Origin: an uncultured Chitinophagaceae bacterium | Lineage (GTDB): Bacteria; Bacteroidota; Ignavibacteria; UBA10030; UBA8401 | Assembly (NCBI GenBank): GCA_964355925.1 | Contig: CAYHFN010000010.1 | Coordinates: forward strand, 19,187-83,186 | Reading direction: 5' to 3' | Length of the DNA stretch: 64,000 nt | The notes under the pieces: model-generated | Told to the model about the DNA's origin: nothing | What the model saw: the letters and a program-made list of their open reading frames with translations, nothing else | Database searches by the model: none | Shown: one piece after another, positions 53,493 through 61,835 of the stretch | Numbering within the stretch: position 1 is the stretch's first letter | How the letters are laid out: every line of letters starts with the position of its first letter | Position numbers and translations under genes: made by a program

Positions 53493-54812
53493 CTACTTGA
53501 TTAACACTTCATTTGAATTGATCATCGAAGATGCTTTCGTCAATGCTTCGTCAACGGTCATTTCTTTTTTAAGCGCAAGATGTACATGATGCGAAACGAT
53601 ATCGGCAATCTTTGTATAATCGACAAGGAACGGACGATGAAAACCGCGTTCAATCAATTTGCGGTAAAAGATAAGCTTAGGATACTTTTTTAAATATACT
53701 GAATCTGCATACACGTCGCGATTCACCGGAATATAATCTCCCTGTTCGAACAATATCTTTTTTGCTTCTTCCGTTTGAAGAAAACGGACAAACTCGATCG
53801 CTGCTTCTTTCTTTGTTGAAAATTTTGATACCATCAAATTCCAACCCCCGTACACCGATGTAATTTTATGTCCAGTAAAATGCGGAAGCGATGCGCGGCC
53901 AACATACTCAAATTTGCTGGTATCTTTATAGAGCATGCGGTAATTTTCTACAAAATTTGACCAGCCGCGTACGAACATTGCATTGTTAGTAAGCCAATAT
54001 TCATAACTTTTGTTCTCATCAAATTGAGTAACTATGGCAGGTGATATTTTTTCGGTATAAATAAAATCTACAAGCATTTGTAACGCCCGACGTGCAGTGG
54101 GCGTGTTAAGGTTTATCTTGTTTCCACGAAAATAATTTTCATCGAGCGACGCAAGGATCTCAAAATAATTGCAGTTTAAACCTTCATAATCATTTCCCTG
54201 AAAAATATAGAACGGCTCTCCGATCATCCTTAATCGTTTTTGCAATGCAATCAATTCTTCCCATGTTATTGAATTTTGCAGACGTTGTTCTATCTGTTTT
54301 GCATCTGGAAGTTTAGCAAGAAGATCTTTTCGATAATACATCATTCCAATATCGATATAGAGTGGCATCGCAACCAATTTATTCTCACTTAAACACGATT
54401 GGAGAGTCGGAGAAAGGATATTTGATTTATCTTTTTCCGAAAAATATTTGTCAAGCGGCTCACTCCATTTTGCAAATCGAGCCGTCCAAATATAATCGAC
54501 GGTAAAAACATCTAGACGATCGCTTTTACTGCGCAATGAACGCGCCAGTAATTCTTTTCTCTCATTCGTTGTGAATTTACTGAAAGGAAGATTCACCGGA
54601 ATTACTTCGATACGCCCCTGGTGCAGTTGATTAAAACGTTTGATCACTGCTTCATGCGCAGGAGAAATATGATCTGCAAAATAGACCTTTTGCACATTGG
54701 TTTCCTGAAACAAAAACGATTGATCCCAAAAATTGATCGATATATAATACACTGCAGTAACAATACCAAAGATTCCTGCAACGAGCCAAAAGAGTTTTAC
54801 AAAGTTCTTCAT
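53493..54812 (-). CDS. Extracellular solute-binding protein (ABC family-1 type, sugar-binding) lacking cognate permease/ATPase genes; probable kinase co-sensor
   Basis: 439-aa ORF with an N-terminal anchor/signal (LFWLVAGIFGIVTAVYYI). The overall pattern is that of type-1 SBPs (KVYFADHISPAHEAVIKRFNQ..., DVFTVDYIWTARF, AMPLYIDIGMMYYRKDLL, GGWNLMVSKFSTKKEAAIEFVRFL). Its stop lies 19 nt upstream of the kinase start codon. Confidence 0.65.
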   Translation of the reverse strand: MKNFVKLFWLVAGIFGIVTAVYYISINFWDQSFLFQETNVQKVYFADHISPAHEAVIKRFNQLHQGRIEVIPVNLPFSKFTTNERKELLARSLRSKSDRLDVFTVDYIWTARFAKWSEPLDKYFSEKDKSNILSPTLQSCLSENKLVAMPLYIDIGMMYYRKDLLAKLPDAKQIEQRLQNSITWEELIALQKRLRMIGEPFYIFQGNDYEGLNCNYFEILASLDENYFRGNKINLNTPTARRALQMLVDFIYTEKISPAIVTQFDENKSYEYWLTNNAMFVRGWSNFVENYRMLYKDTSKFEYVGRASLPHFTGHKITSVYGGWNLMVSKFSTKKEAAIEFVRFLQTEEAKKILFEQGDYIPVNRDVYADSVYLKKYPKLIFYRKLIERGFHRPFLVDYTKIADIVSHHVHLALKKEMTVDEALTKASSMINSNEVLIK

Positions 54813-54837
54813 AATGATATAAAATAGAGGAAGACCA

Positions 54838-54880
54838 TTGGAAATGCAAGGAACAACAATGCATATTTATGCAATTCCAA
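54838..54880. promoter_or_regulatory. Nested dyad symmetry upstream of the solute-binding-protein gene (operator or terminator-like hairpin of the upstream HTH gene)
   Basis: The outer arms are TTGGAAaTGCA (54838-54848) and TGCAaTTCCAA (54870-54880). The inner palindrome is TGCATA-tt-TATGCA (54860-54873). The element lies 26-68 nt upstream of the ATG at 54812. Confidence 0.4.
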
Positions 54881-54982
54881 TAATGGAATATGTTCGTATA
54901 AGATCCAATCGTACATCGTAGGAATTGTTCGGAAAGATCGATGTGTTAATTTTTTAGTGTTGAGAAGAGGAAATTGCGGGGA

Positions 54983-55240
54983 TTATTTTCCTGCGGCGAC
55001 CGCTAACGTTCTTTTTATTGATCGAATAAATCGGCTGTTTACAGAATCAAGGAATTTCATGGAAATATTATATTTCACAGCGAATTCAGACAGATTACCG
55101 GTGCTGAATTTTTTAATCCCATCTTCACTATTGGAATATTGCAGTTTTCCCGAATCTGCCCAGCGATGCACTGAAGCAACATTCACTCCAAGTGATTCGG
55201 CAATCTCTTCAACAGTATAATATTTTAATTCATGGCTCAT
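54983..55240 (-). CDS. Small helix-turn-helix DNA-binding protein (excisionase/MerR-superfamily HTH_17-like)
   Basis: 85-aa ORF. YTVEEIAESLGVNVASVHRWADSGKL is a typical HTH_17 motif. Confidence 0.5.
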   Translation of the reverse strand: MSHELKYYTVEEIAESLGVNVASVHRWADSGKLQYSNSEDGIKKFSTGNLSEFAVKYNISMKFLDSVNSRFIRSIKRTLAVAAGK

Positions 55241-55495
55241 AAATTAGCAAAAATCCTTTGTTTTCATACTTAACCAAACTCTTCGTTTCTTGAGGATGCA
55301 AAATGGATATAAGTTGTTATAAATGAAAGGGTTGTTAGAATATTCTAATAAGCCATCACCATTATTAACATTATTTGGGTCACTATGAAAATAATTATAC
55401 ACCTAAAATCTCACCTATTTAATTGATATAGGTTTTATTCTATACTATATTGTGGCAAATGTTGCTTTACAGATTCTCATAAACTGTTTAGAATT

Positions 55496-56434
55496 ATGTT
55501 AAAAAGAAAATCTAAATCCATAGCAAAATCAGTAACAGAACGTACTTCGTCTGGCCTGCCTGCAAAGTTACAAAAAGCAGAACTTTTTCTAAAAACGATT
55601 TTGGACCAAAAATTCAATCAATTTGGCGTCGACTTACGTGAAGAATTTGATCGACAGGTTACGACCGTAAATTCTGAACTTCGAGATGTAATCTTTAGAG
55701 AAAGAAATGAACGAAAAAAAGCTAATAGATTGATTATTGGGTTTCTTTCTATTGTATTGATTCTATTGATTGGAAATATCTTTTTTATCCTAAATACTAC
55801 CGAATCTAGCGTAAAATCTGCGGTGACTAAAGAGTTTACTCTTTTTGAAGCAAAGAATCGTGAGAACACACGATCGCTGTTTGTTCCAATTCAACAAACG
55901 GTTGAAAAAAATTTAACGAAGGTTTCTTCTGAACTTTCCTTAAGCCGCGGATATATAGACGTGTTTGCGTTGGAAGGTTTGGCTCGTAATGGTTCGAAAG
56001 CTGCATTTGAAGAATTAGTAAAAACAGTTAACAGGGGTGGTTCGAAAGGTGCCTTTGCTGAAAACAAGCTAAATGAACTAAAGAATTATTATTCAATTCT
56101 TGCTGAACCAAAAAGACAAAATATTACTTTAGGTGACCTTTCTGTAACCAAGAGCGGGCAAATAACTTCTACTGAATCTCTTTCGATCATTGAATTGATC
56201 TATGTGCTAAATTCACCAAACGCTACACTTCCGCAAGTACATCAAATTCTTACGCTGTTGTGGGACCAAAATTTAGCCCGCGACCATGAGAGTGAATTAC
56301 TGAGTATACTGCAAAATTCACAGAATCTGCCTGCGTCAATAGCAATCTGTTCCATTCTTCAAAAGAACTTTGGAAATCGCGCGACAATGTATGATTTTGC
56401 AAAATGGAAGGCGTTTCTTGAATCCCGAATGTAA
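55496..56434 (+). CDS. Hypothetical single-pass membrane protein
   Basis: 312-aa ORF with one TM helix (LIIGFLSIVLILLIGNIFFIL). No recognisable motif. It is the first plus-strand gene after the strand switch. Confidence 0.4.
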   Translation: MLKRKSKSIAKSVTERTSSGLPAKLQKAELFLKTILDQKFNQFGVDLREEFDRQVTTVNSELRDVIFRERNERKKANRLIIGFLSIVLILLIGNIFFILNTTESSVKSAVTKEFTLFEAKNRENTRSLFVPIQQTVEKNLTKVSSELSLSRGYIDVFALEGLARNGSKAAFEELVKTVNRGGSKGAFAENKLNELKNYYSILAEPKRQNITLGDLSVTKSGQITSTESLSIIELIYVLNSPNATLPQVHQILTLLWDQNLARDHESELLSILQNSQNLPASIAICSILQKNFGNRATMYDFAKWKAFLESRM

Positions 56435-56493
56435 GTTGTATTCAAAATACCATTGAAGTATATTATAGTTGAAAATAATTTTACTTCTACTAT

Positions 56494-58659
56494 TTGGCAT
56501 TTTGCCGGTACCAATTTTTAATGACCTTTCTTAACCCTTTCGTTCTGTTTGGACTTGCAGCGGCTGCAATTCCCATCCTCATTCATCTGTTTAACATTCG
56601 CAAGCTCAACACGATTGAATTCAGCACGCTGAAATTCCTTAAAGAGCTTCAAAAGAATAAAATGAGGAAGATCAAAGTACGGCAATGGCTGTTGCTTGCT
56701 TTGCGCACATTGTTGATCCTGCTCATCGTTCTCGCTTTTTCTCGTCCTGCACTAAAGGGAAGTTTTGGATCGCTTTCAACACGCGCAAAATCAACGATTG
56801 TCATTCTCTTGGATAATTCGGCAAGCATGGAATTGAACAACGAGCACGGGAAATTCTTAACACAAGGTCAAACTCAAGCGTTAAAGATCGTATCGCTGGT
56901 ACAGGATAATGATGATGTTTTTTTTATCCGTCTATCAGATCTGCCAAACGCTACAACGGAAGAACCTACTCACGATATTAAAAAAATAGAATCGCTTATT
57001 CGCGAAACGGAGATCAGTTTCAACTATCGAACAATCGAAGATGGTCTTCATCTTTCTTCCCGCCTGCTTTCACAATCAAAGAATTTCAACAAAGAGGTCT
57101 ATGTCATTACCGATGGACAAGCAACAACATTTTCTTCAGGAAAAGAACGATTACATTTTCGAGAGCCGTTGTTTGAACCGAACGTAAAGATATTTTATTC
57201 GTCACTATCCAAACGGCAGATCAACAATGTAGCGATTGAACGAATCATTGTTCCGCCATCGCTATTTCAAACCGGAAAACCCTTTGTTCTGAATGTTGAA
57301 ATAAAGAATTATGGAACTTCATCAATCATTAATCATCTTGTCGGTATCACTGTTAGAAATAATCGTGTAATGCAAAAAAGTATCTCGCTTAATGGCGGTG
57401 AACGCGGCACGTTGGAATTCAGTGTTACTCCTTCTCATTCCGGATTTATCACGGGTTTTGCGGAATTAGAAGATGATCTGTTCGAATCAGATAATCGTTT
57501 TTTCTTTTCCGTGAACATTCCCAGACAGATACGGCTGACAATTATTTCAAAAGAAGAAAAATATTCACGCTATATTTCCGCCGCATTGTCAGTATCCGGT
57601 ACTTCAAATAATTCTTCGCCAATCATTATTACTAAATATTCTCCTGCTCAATTAACAACAACAGTACTATCAAATAATGATATTCTGGTCCTTTCGGGAA
57701 TAAATGATTTGCCAATTTCTCAGCATGCTATAATTCAGCAATATGTCTCAAATGGTGGAAATATTATCTTCTTTCCCTCTACCGATACCAATATCACATC
57801 GTATAACTATTTACGACCAATGGGTTTGGAAGAAATGCAGATTTCCAGATCTTCCACAACATTTGAAAAAATAGATTTTCAGTTTCCTATCTTTCAAGGC
57901 ATGTTTGAACAAGGTCTGCAGCAAAAGAAAACTGCCATTGAAACGCCGCAAATATCCATTGCACTTAATGCGAGAAATGAGACAAATCTGCGGACTATTA
58001 TCAATCTTTCCAATGGAAAGAATTTTCTGTGGATGCGTGAACTTGGACGCGGCAGGATCCTTGGATTTTCTGTTCCCGCAATTGCTGAGTGGTCTGATTT
58101 TCCTTTAAAAGGCATATTTGTTCCGCTGCTGTATCAATCTGTCTTATATCTTTCTTCACCGGTCAGCGGAAATGAACAGTTGCAATATGTGGTCGGAGAA
58201 AAAATCGAATTTAATTCATTCCAATTGAAAAAAGGAAAAATGATCTCTCCTTCCACACTTCAATTATACGATACTGAAAATCGTACAATGCCGTTGACCG
58301 CATATAATAAAATTACGAATGAAGGAATTTCACATTCGATCTTTTCATTCGATAATCCGATAAAAGCAGGGATATATTCCGTACTTTCACTGAACGATAC
58401 AATGTTGACGATGCCGATCAATCTCCGTCGAGAAGAATCAAATAGTGTGCTCGCAACAGAAGATGAATGTGATACACTGCTTCGTCAAATGGGAATTGCA
58501 GATGGATCGATAAACCAACTGCTGCTTGAATCAGAGATTGTTGAAACTGTTTTACAAAGCAGATTTGGAATAGAGCTTTGGCGTTATTTTTTATTCGCCG
58601 CTCTTTTTATTGCACTTTTTGAAATGTTCATTGCTCGCGAACCAAAATCAATGAGGTAA
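56494..58659 (+). CDS. BatA-type N-terminal double-transmembrane / vWA-domain protein
   Basis: 721-aa ORF; the likely true start is MTFLNP at 56521. The N-terminal motif FLNPFVLFGLAAAAIPILIHLFN is characteristic of BatA-type proteins. vWA MIDAS motif ILLDNSASM. C-terminal TM helix LWRYFLFAALFIALFEMFIA. Confidence 0.7.
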   Translation: MAFCRYQFLMTFLNPFVLFGLAAAAIPILIHLFNIRKLNTIEFSTLKFLKELQKNKMRKIKVRQWLLLALRTLLILLIVLAFSRPALKGSFGSLSTRAKSTIVILLDNSASMELNNEHGKFLTQGQTQALKIVSLVQDNDDVFFIRLSDLPNATTEEPTHDIKKIESLIRETEISFNYRTIEDGLHLSSRLLSQSKNFNKEVYVITDGQATTFSSGKERLHFREPLFEPNVKIFYSSLSKRQINNVAIERIIVPPSLFQTGKPFVLNVEIKNYGTSSIINHLVGITVRNNRVMQKSISLNGGERGTLEFSVTPSHSGFITGFAELEDDLFESDNRFFFSVNIPRQIRLTIISKEEKYSRYISAALSVSGTSNNSSPIIITKYSPAQLTTTVLSNNDILVLSGINDLPISQHAIIQQYVSNGGNIIFFPSTDTNITSYNYLRPMGLEEMQISRSSTTFEKIDFQFPIFQGMFEQGLQQKKTAIETPQISIALNARNETNLRTIINLSNGKNFLWMRELGRGRILGFSVPAIAEWSDFPLKGIFVPLLYQSVLYLSSPVSGNEQLQYVVGEKIEFNSFQLKKGKMISPSTLQLYDTENRTMPLTAYNKITNEGISHSIFSFDNPIKAGIYSVLSLNDTMLTMPINLRREESNSVLATEDECDTLLRQMGIADGSINQLLLESEIVETVLQSRFGIELWRYFLFAALFIALFEMFIAREPKSMR

Positions 58660-58704
58660 CAATCGTTGATTAAACAGTTTATTTAAAAAGGATTCTATAA
58701 AATA

Positions 58705-59982
58705 ATGATGATCGATCTCGTAAAAGAAAAACGTGAACGCGCAATTGTTGTCGGGGTTGCTACGCGTAACACAACAAAACAACAAGAAGAAGAATATCTT
58801 GATGAACTTGTTCTGCTTGCAGACACTGCCGGCGCTGATGTTATTCATAAGATCCTACAGGTAAAAGACAAATACGATTCCGCATATTATATCGGCAAAG
58901 GAAAAGTTGAATTGCTTGCGCAAATGTGCAAGGATGATAATGTCTCGTTGGTGATCTTTGATGACGACCTTACGCCTGCTCAAGTTCGAAATCTCGAAGA
59001 AACGATCGAGAGAAAGATCCTCGATCGCAGCGGATTGATCTTAGACATTTTTGCATCGCGTGCAAAGACCAATGAAGCAAAAACTCAAGTTGAACTTGCG
59101 CAATTAAACTATATGCTTCCCCGCCTTACTCGAATGTGGACTCATCTATCGAAACAATACGGCGGCATTGGCACGAAAGGTCCGGGAGAAACTCAGATTG
59201 AAACCGACCGCCGAATGATCCGCGAAAAAATAGCAACGCTGAAGGAAAAGTTAGAAAAGATCGCAACACAAAGAACGACTCAGCGCAAAGGAAGAAAAGA
59301 ATTCTACAATATCTCACTTGTTGGCTATACAAATGTTGGTAAATCAACATTGCTTAACACACTTTCCGACTCAAACGTATTTGTCGAAAATCGTTTGTTT
59401 GCTACCCTCGATCCCACAACTCGATTGGTTGCGTTAGATACATCTACAAGCGCAATGTTGACCGATACTGTCGGTTTTATTCGAAAACTCCCTCATCATT
59501 TAGTGGCATCTTTTAAAAGTACACTTGAAGAAGTTATTGAAGCCGATATTCTTCTTCATGTAATCGATCTGTCACACCCGCAAATGGAAGAACAGATTGA
59601 GGTTGTTAAAAATACAATTGCAGATCTCGGCATTGCAAATAAAACGGTGATCTATGTGTTCAACAAAATTGATTCCATCGAGGACAGAAGTATTATTAGA
59701 AATCTGCAGTTAAAATATGAACCGTCTGTTTTCATCTCTGCTCATCGCGGGATCAATATTCTTGGACTAAAAGAAATGCTCCTCTCAATGATCCATTCGG
59801 AATTCACTGAAATGACATTCACGGTATCCAATTTAGATTACAAAACAATTTCTCTCCTTCACGATCTTGCTGAAATTACCGAACAGAAATACGAAGAGAA
59901 TGATATCATTATCACTGCAAAAGTCAGCGATAAAACAAAAGAACGAGTCGAAAAAATTATAGAAAGTTTGAAAAGAAAGTAG
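58705..59982 (+). CDS. hflX: GTPase HflX
   Basis: 425-aa ORF. HflX N-terminal domain RAIVVGV...EEYLDELVLLADTAGA. G1 motif GYTNVGKSTLLN, G3 motif DTVGF and G4 motif NKID. Confidence 0.9.
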   Translation: MMIDLVKEKRERAIVVGVATRNTTKQQEEEYLDELVLLADTAGADVIHKILQVKDKYDSAYYIGKGKVELLAQMCKDDNVSLVIFDDDLTPAQVRNLEETIERKILDRSGLILDIFASRAKTNEAKTQVELAQLNYMLPRLTRMWTHLSKQYGGIGTKGPGETQIETDRRMIREKIATLKEKLEKIATQRTTQRKGRKEFYNISLVGYTNVGKSTLLNTLSDSNVFVENRLFATLDPTTRLVALDTSTSAMLTDTVGFIRKLPHHLVASFKSTLEEVIEADILLHVIDLSHPQMEEQIEVVKNTIADLGIANKTVIYVFNKIDSIEDRSIIRNLQLKYEPSVFISAHRGINILGLKEMLLSMIHSEFTEMTFTVSNLDYKTISLLHDLAEITEQKYEENDIIITAKVSDKTKERVEKIIESLKRK

Positions 59983-60019
59983 ATTTTCCGGCCGTATTTT
60001 TTTATTTTAGTGTAACCTT

Positions 60020-60091
60020 TGCCCCATCGTCTAACGGCTAAGACAGCAGACTCTGACTCTGCTTATCGAGGTTCGAATCCTTGTGGGGCAG
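60020..60091 (+). tRNA. tRNA-Gln (anticodon CUG)
   Basis: Folded by hand into a cloverleaf. Acceptor stem TGCCCCA/TGGGGCA, with the U1-A72 pair and G73 discriminator typical of bacterial tRNA-Gln. D stem GTCT/AGAC with a GG-containing loop. Anticodon stem GCAGA/TCTGC with loop CT-CTG-AC. T arm CGAGG-TTCGAAT-CCTTG. CCA is not encoded. Confidence 0.95.
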
Positions 60092-60092
60092 C
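60064..60092 (+). repeat. Direct repeat copy 1 (3' part of tRNA-Gln), att-like
   Basis: tatcgaggttcgaatccttgtggggcagc is repeated identically (29/29) at 60795-60823. Confidence 0.9.
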
Positions 60093-60794
60093 AACTTGAC
60101 TTAGCAAATTTAGAGATATATCGAACATAAAGTGTGACCTGAACCTGAACGGACTATGATTTATTAAAAATATAAGAATATCTTGAATACCAAAACTACC
60201 AAAGCCCCAAACAATAAAGATCCCCGCACCTCCTAAAGCCAAGGAATTCAGGTTTCATTAATATTAGAGAATGTAAAGATCTATTTATCCGCAGTAATTG
60301 TTTGTCTACGAAAAATAAAGCTAAGTCATACAATGGAGTAACCTTGTGGTTTATCACACGCTCCTCACAAAAACAGGATTGAACATGAAAAAAAAATGGC
60401 TTTTTAAAATTTTATTAATATTGGTTCTATGTTTTATTCTAGCACCATCCCAGAATAAACCTATACAAAAACTGTTGCCATTCGAGGCGTTCAACTATTA
60501 CGAAAATCACAAAATAGATAAGGCGGACACATTTTTATATTCCTCCATTCTTCCTGGATTTGGTTATTTCTCGGTTGATGAAAAAACAACTGCGCTCATA
60601 TATTTCGGTAGTGAATTAGCATTAACAGTGGCTCTTTTAAGCTCTAAAAATAAAGACGATATACGCCTTTTTGGATTTGGCCTTTTGGCTTTTCGAATAT
60701 TTGAATTTAAAGGTTTGTCATCCAGTGTCGACTATTTCAACGAGAAACTTCGATACCAAATTGAGGCGAAGATTAAATTACAATAAAAAAATCC
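60093..60794 (+). mobile_element. Putative remnant of a tRNA-Gln-integrated element (702-bp insert bounded by 29-bp direct repeats; no integrase)
   Basis: The insert is flanked by exact duplicates of the tRNA 3' end. The intact tRNA is on the left, and the orphan 3' fragment on the right still carries the strong terminator. The insert contains only one small ORF. Confidence 0.35.
60385..60786 (+). CDS. Small secreted/membrane protein (LPGxG-motif, DUF5683-like) inside the tRNA-flanked insert
   Basis: The track ORF is 60346-60786; the likely start is MKKKWLFKILLILVLCFILA at 60385. Hydrophobic segments carry the motif SSILPGFGYF. Confidence 0.5.
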   Translation: MKKKWLFKILLILVLCFILAPSQNKPIQKLLPFEAFNYYENHKIDKADTFLYSSILPGFGYFSVDEKTTALIYFGSELALTVALLSSKNKDDIRLFGFGLLAFRIFEFKGLSSSVDYFNEKLRYQIEAKIKLQ

Positions 60795-60823
60795 TATCGA
60801 GGTTCGAATCCTTGTGGGGCAGC
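60795..60823 (+). repeat. Direct repeat copy 2 (orphan tRNA-Gln 3' fragment), att-like
   Basis: Identical 29-mer to 60064-60092. There is no upstream tRNA body. The terminator hairpin follows directly. Confidence 0.9.
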
Positions 60824-60829
60824 CAAAAA

Positions 60830-60860
60830 ACCGCACATATCTCCAATGCGGTTTTTCTTT
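60830..60860 (+). terminator. Rho-independent terminator (probably the original tRNA-Gln terminator)
   Basis: An A-run precedes ACCGCA-catatctccaa-TGCGGT, which is followed by TTTTCTTT. Confidence 0.7.
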
Positions 60861-60953
60861 GAATAGTCTGTTACCTATCTCAGTTAACAATAATAAAAAC
60901 TTCTTGATTAAGTCTCATAATGCGGTTAATTTATAATCACGAAAAGGAAGAAT

Positions 60954-61712
60954 ATGAAAACACCGCTTACCGTTCTGATCATAGATGATGAGGTTGCATT
61001 CTCAAATATTCTCTGTCTGGAACTTGAGTCAGATGGTAATTATAAAGTAAAGACTGCAAGTTCTGGAGAATTAGGAATTTCATTGCTCGGTTCCGATCAA
61101 TTTGATGTTGTTCTGCTCGACTATCATTTAGGGACTATGACCGGTCTGCAAGTACTGCAATGGATGCACGATCAAAAATTAGAAATACCGGTTGTTATGC
61201 TCACCGCCGCAGGTACGGAAGAGATCGCTGTCAACGCAATGAAACTTGGAGCGTATGATTATATCCGAAAAGAACGTCTCGAACTCAACCATCTCCCAAT
61301 TGTAATCAACGGTGTGTACGAACGATATCTGTTCCGTCAAGATGTAAAAATGCGCGAATTGGAAAAGATAGAAGATGAAAAACAAAAAGCATCAGTTCAA
61401 ATGTTTCAAACAACCGTTCGAACGATTGCTCATCATGTGAACAATGCTCTTGCGATTATTATGCTTCGATCATCATCATACGAACGCATGGTAAAGAAAA
61501 CTCTCGACGTAGAAGCCGCAAATCAATTCATTCAAATGATCAGCGACCTGAAAGGACAGGCGTCAGTTATTGGGTCAGTTGTTCGTTCTCTTGTTGAACT
61601 TTCAAACGTTGTCTATACAAACTACGCCACTGATCAAAACATTATTGATATACGTCAGGAATTAGAGAAGAATCTTAAGTTGATAAAAGATCAGGAAAAA
61701 CTTACCCTATAA
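60954..61712 (+). CDS. Response-regulator receiver protein with C-terminal DHp-like helical domain (no ATPase or DNA-binding domain)
   Basis: 252-aa ORF. REC domain VLIIDDEV...FDVVLLDYHLG...PVVMLTA...GAYDYIRK. The C-terminal half is helical with an H-box-like motif, TIAHHVNNALAIIM. Confidence 0.7.
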   Translation: MKTPLTVLIIDDEVAFSNILCLELESDGNYKVKTASSGELGISLLGSDQFDVVLLDYHLGTMTGLQVLQWMHDQKLEIPVVMLTAAGTEEIAVNAMKLGAYDYIRKERLELNHLPIVINGVYERYLFRQDVKMRELEKIEDEKQKASVQMFQTTVRTIAHHVNNALAIIMLRSSSYERMVKKTLDVEAANQFIQMISDLKGQASVIGSVVRSLVELSNVVYTNYATDQNIIDIRQELEKNLKLIKDQEKLTL

Positions 61713-61753
61713 TTTCCACTGAACTGCCAGTTAATACCTCGCTTTGTCATTCC

Positions 61754-61782
61754 TTGACAACTGCTCAAACTATTCGTATTTT
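61754..61782 (+). promoter_or_regulatory. Candidate sigma70-type promoter of hrcA-grpE-dnaJ
   Basis: TTGACA (61754-61759), a 17-nt spacer, then TATTTT (61777-61782). It lies about 55 nt upstream of the hrcA ATG at 61836. Confidence 0.35.
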
Positions 61783-61835
61783 TAAGGAAATAATGCATTT
61801 TTTTGTCTTTCAATCAGGAAGTTGCTGCCAGAAGA

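Noticed and set aside
55453-55465. TGGCAAatgtTGC upstream of the 312-aa plus-strand gene looked like a sigma54 promoter
   Set aside because: The GG-to-GC spacing is 8 nt rather than the strict 10 nt, so it does not fit the -24/-12 geometry.
60063-60242. 59-codon TTG-initiated minus-strand ORF (hydrophobic, MALGGAGIFIVWGFGSFG...) in the tRNA-flanked insert
   Set aside because: It runs antisense through the 3' part (T arm and acceptor strand) of the tRNA-Gln gene, uses a weak start and falls below the size threshold. It is most likely fortuitous.
54983-60823. Excisionase-like HTH gene plus the tRNA att-like repeat as boundaries of a larger integrated island
   Set aside because: The interval contains core-type genes (BatA/vWA protein, hflX) and no integrase, and the direct repeats bracket only 60093-60794. 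There is no support for a 6-kb element.
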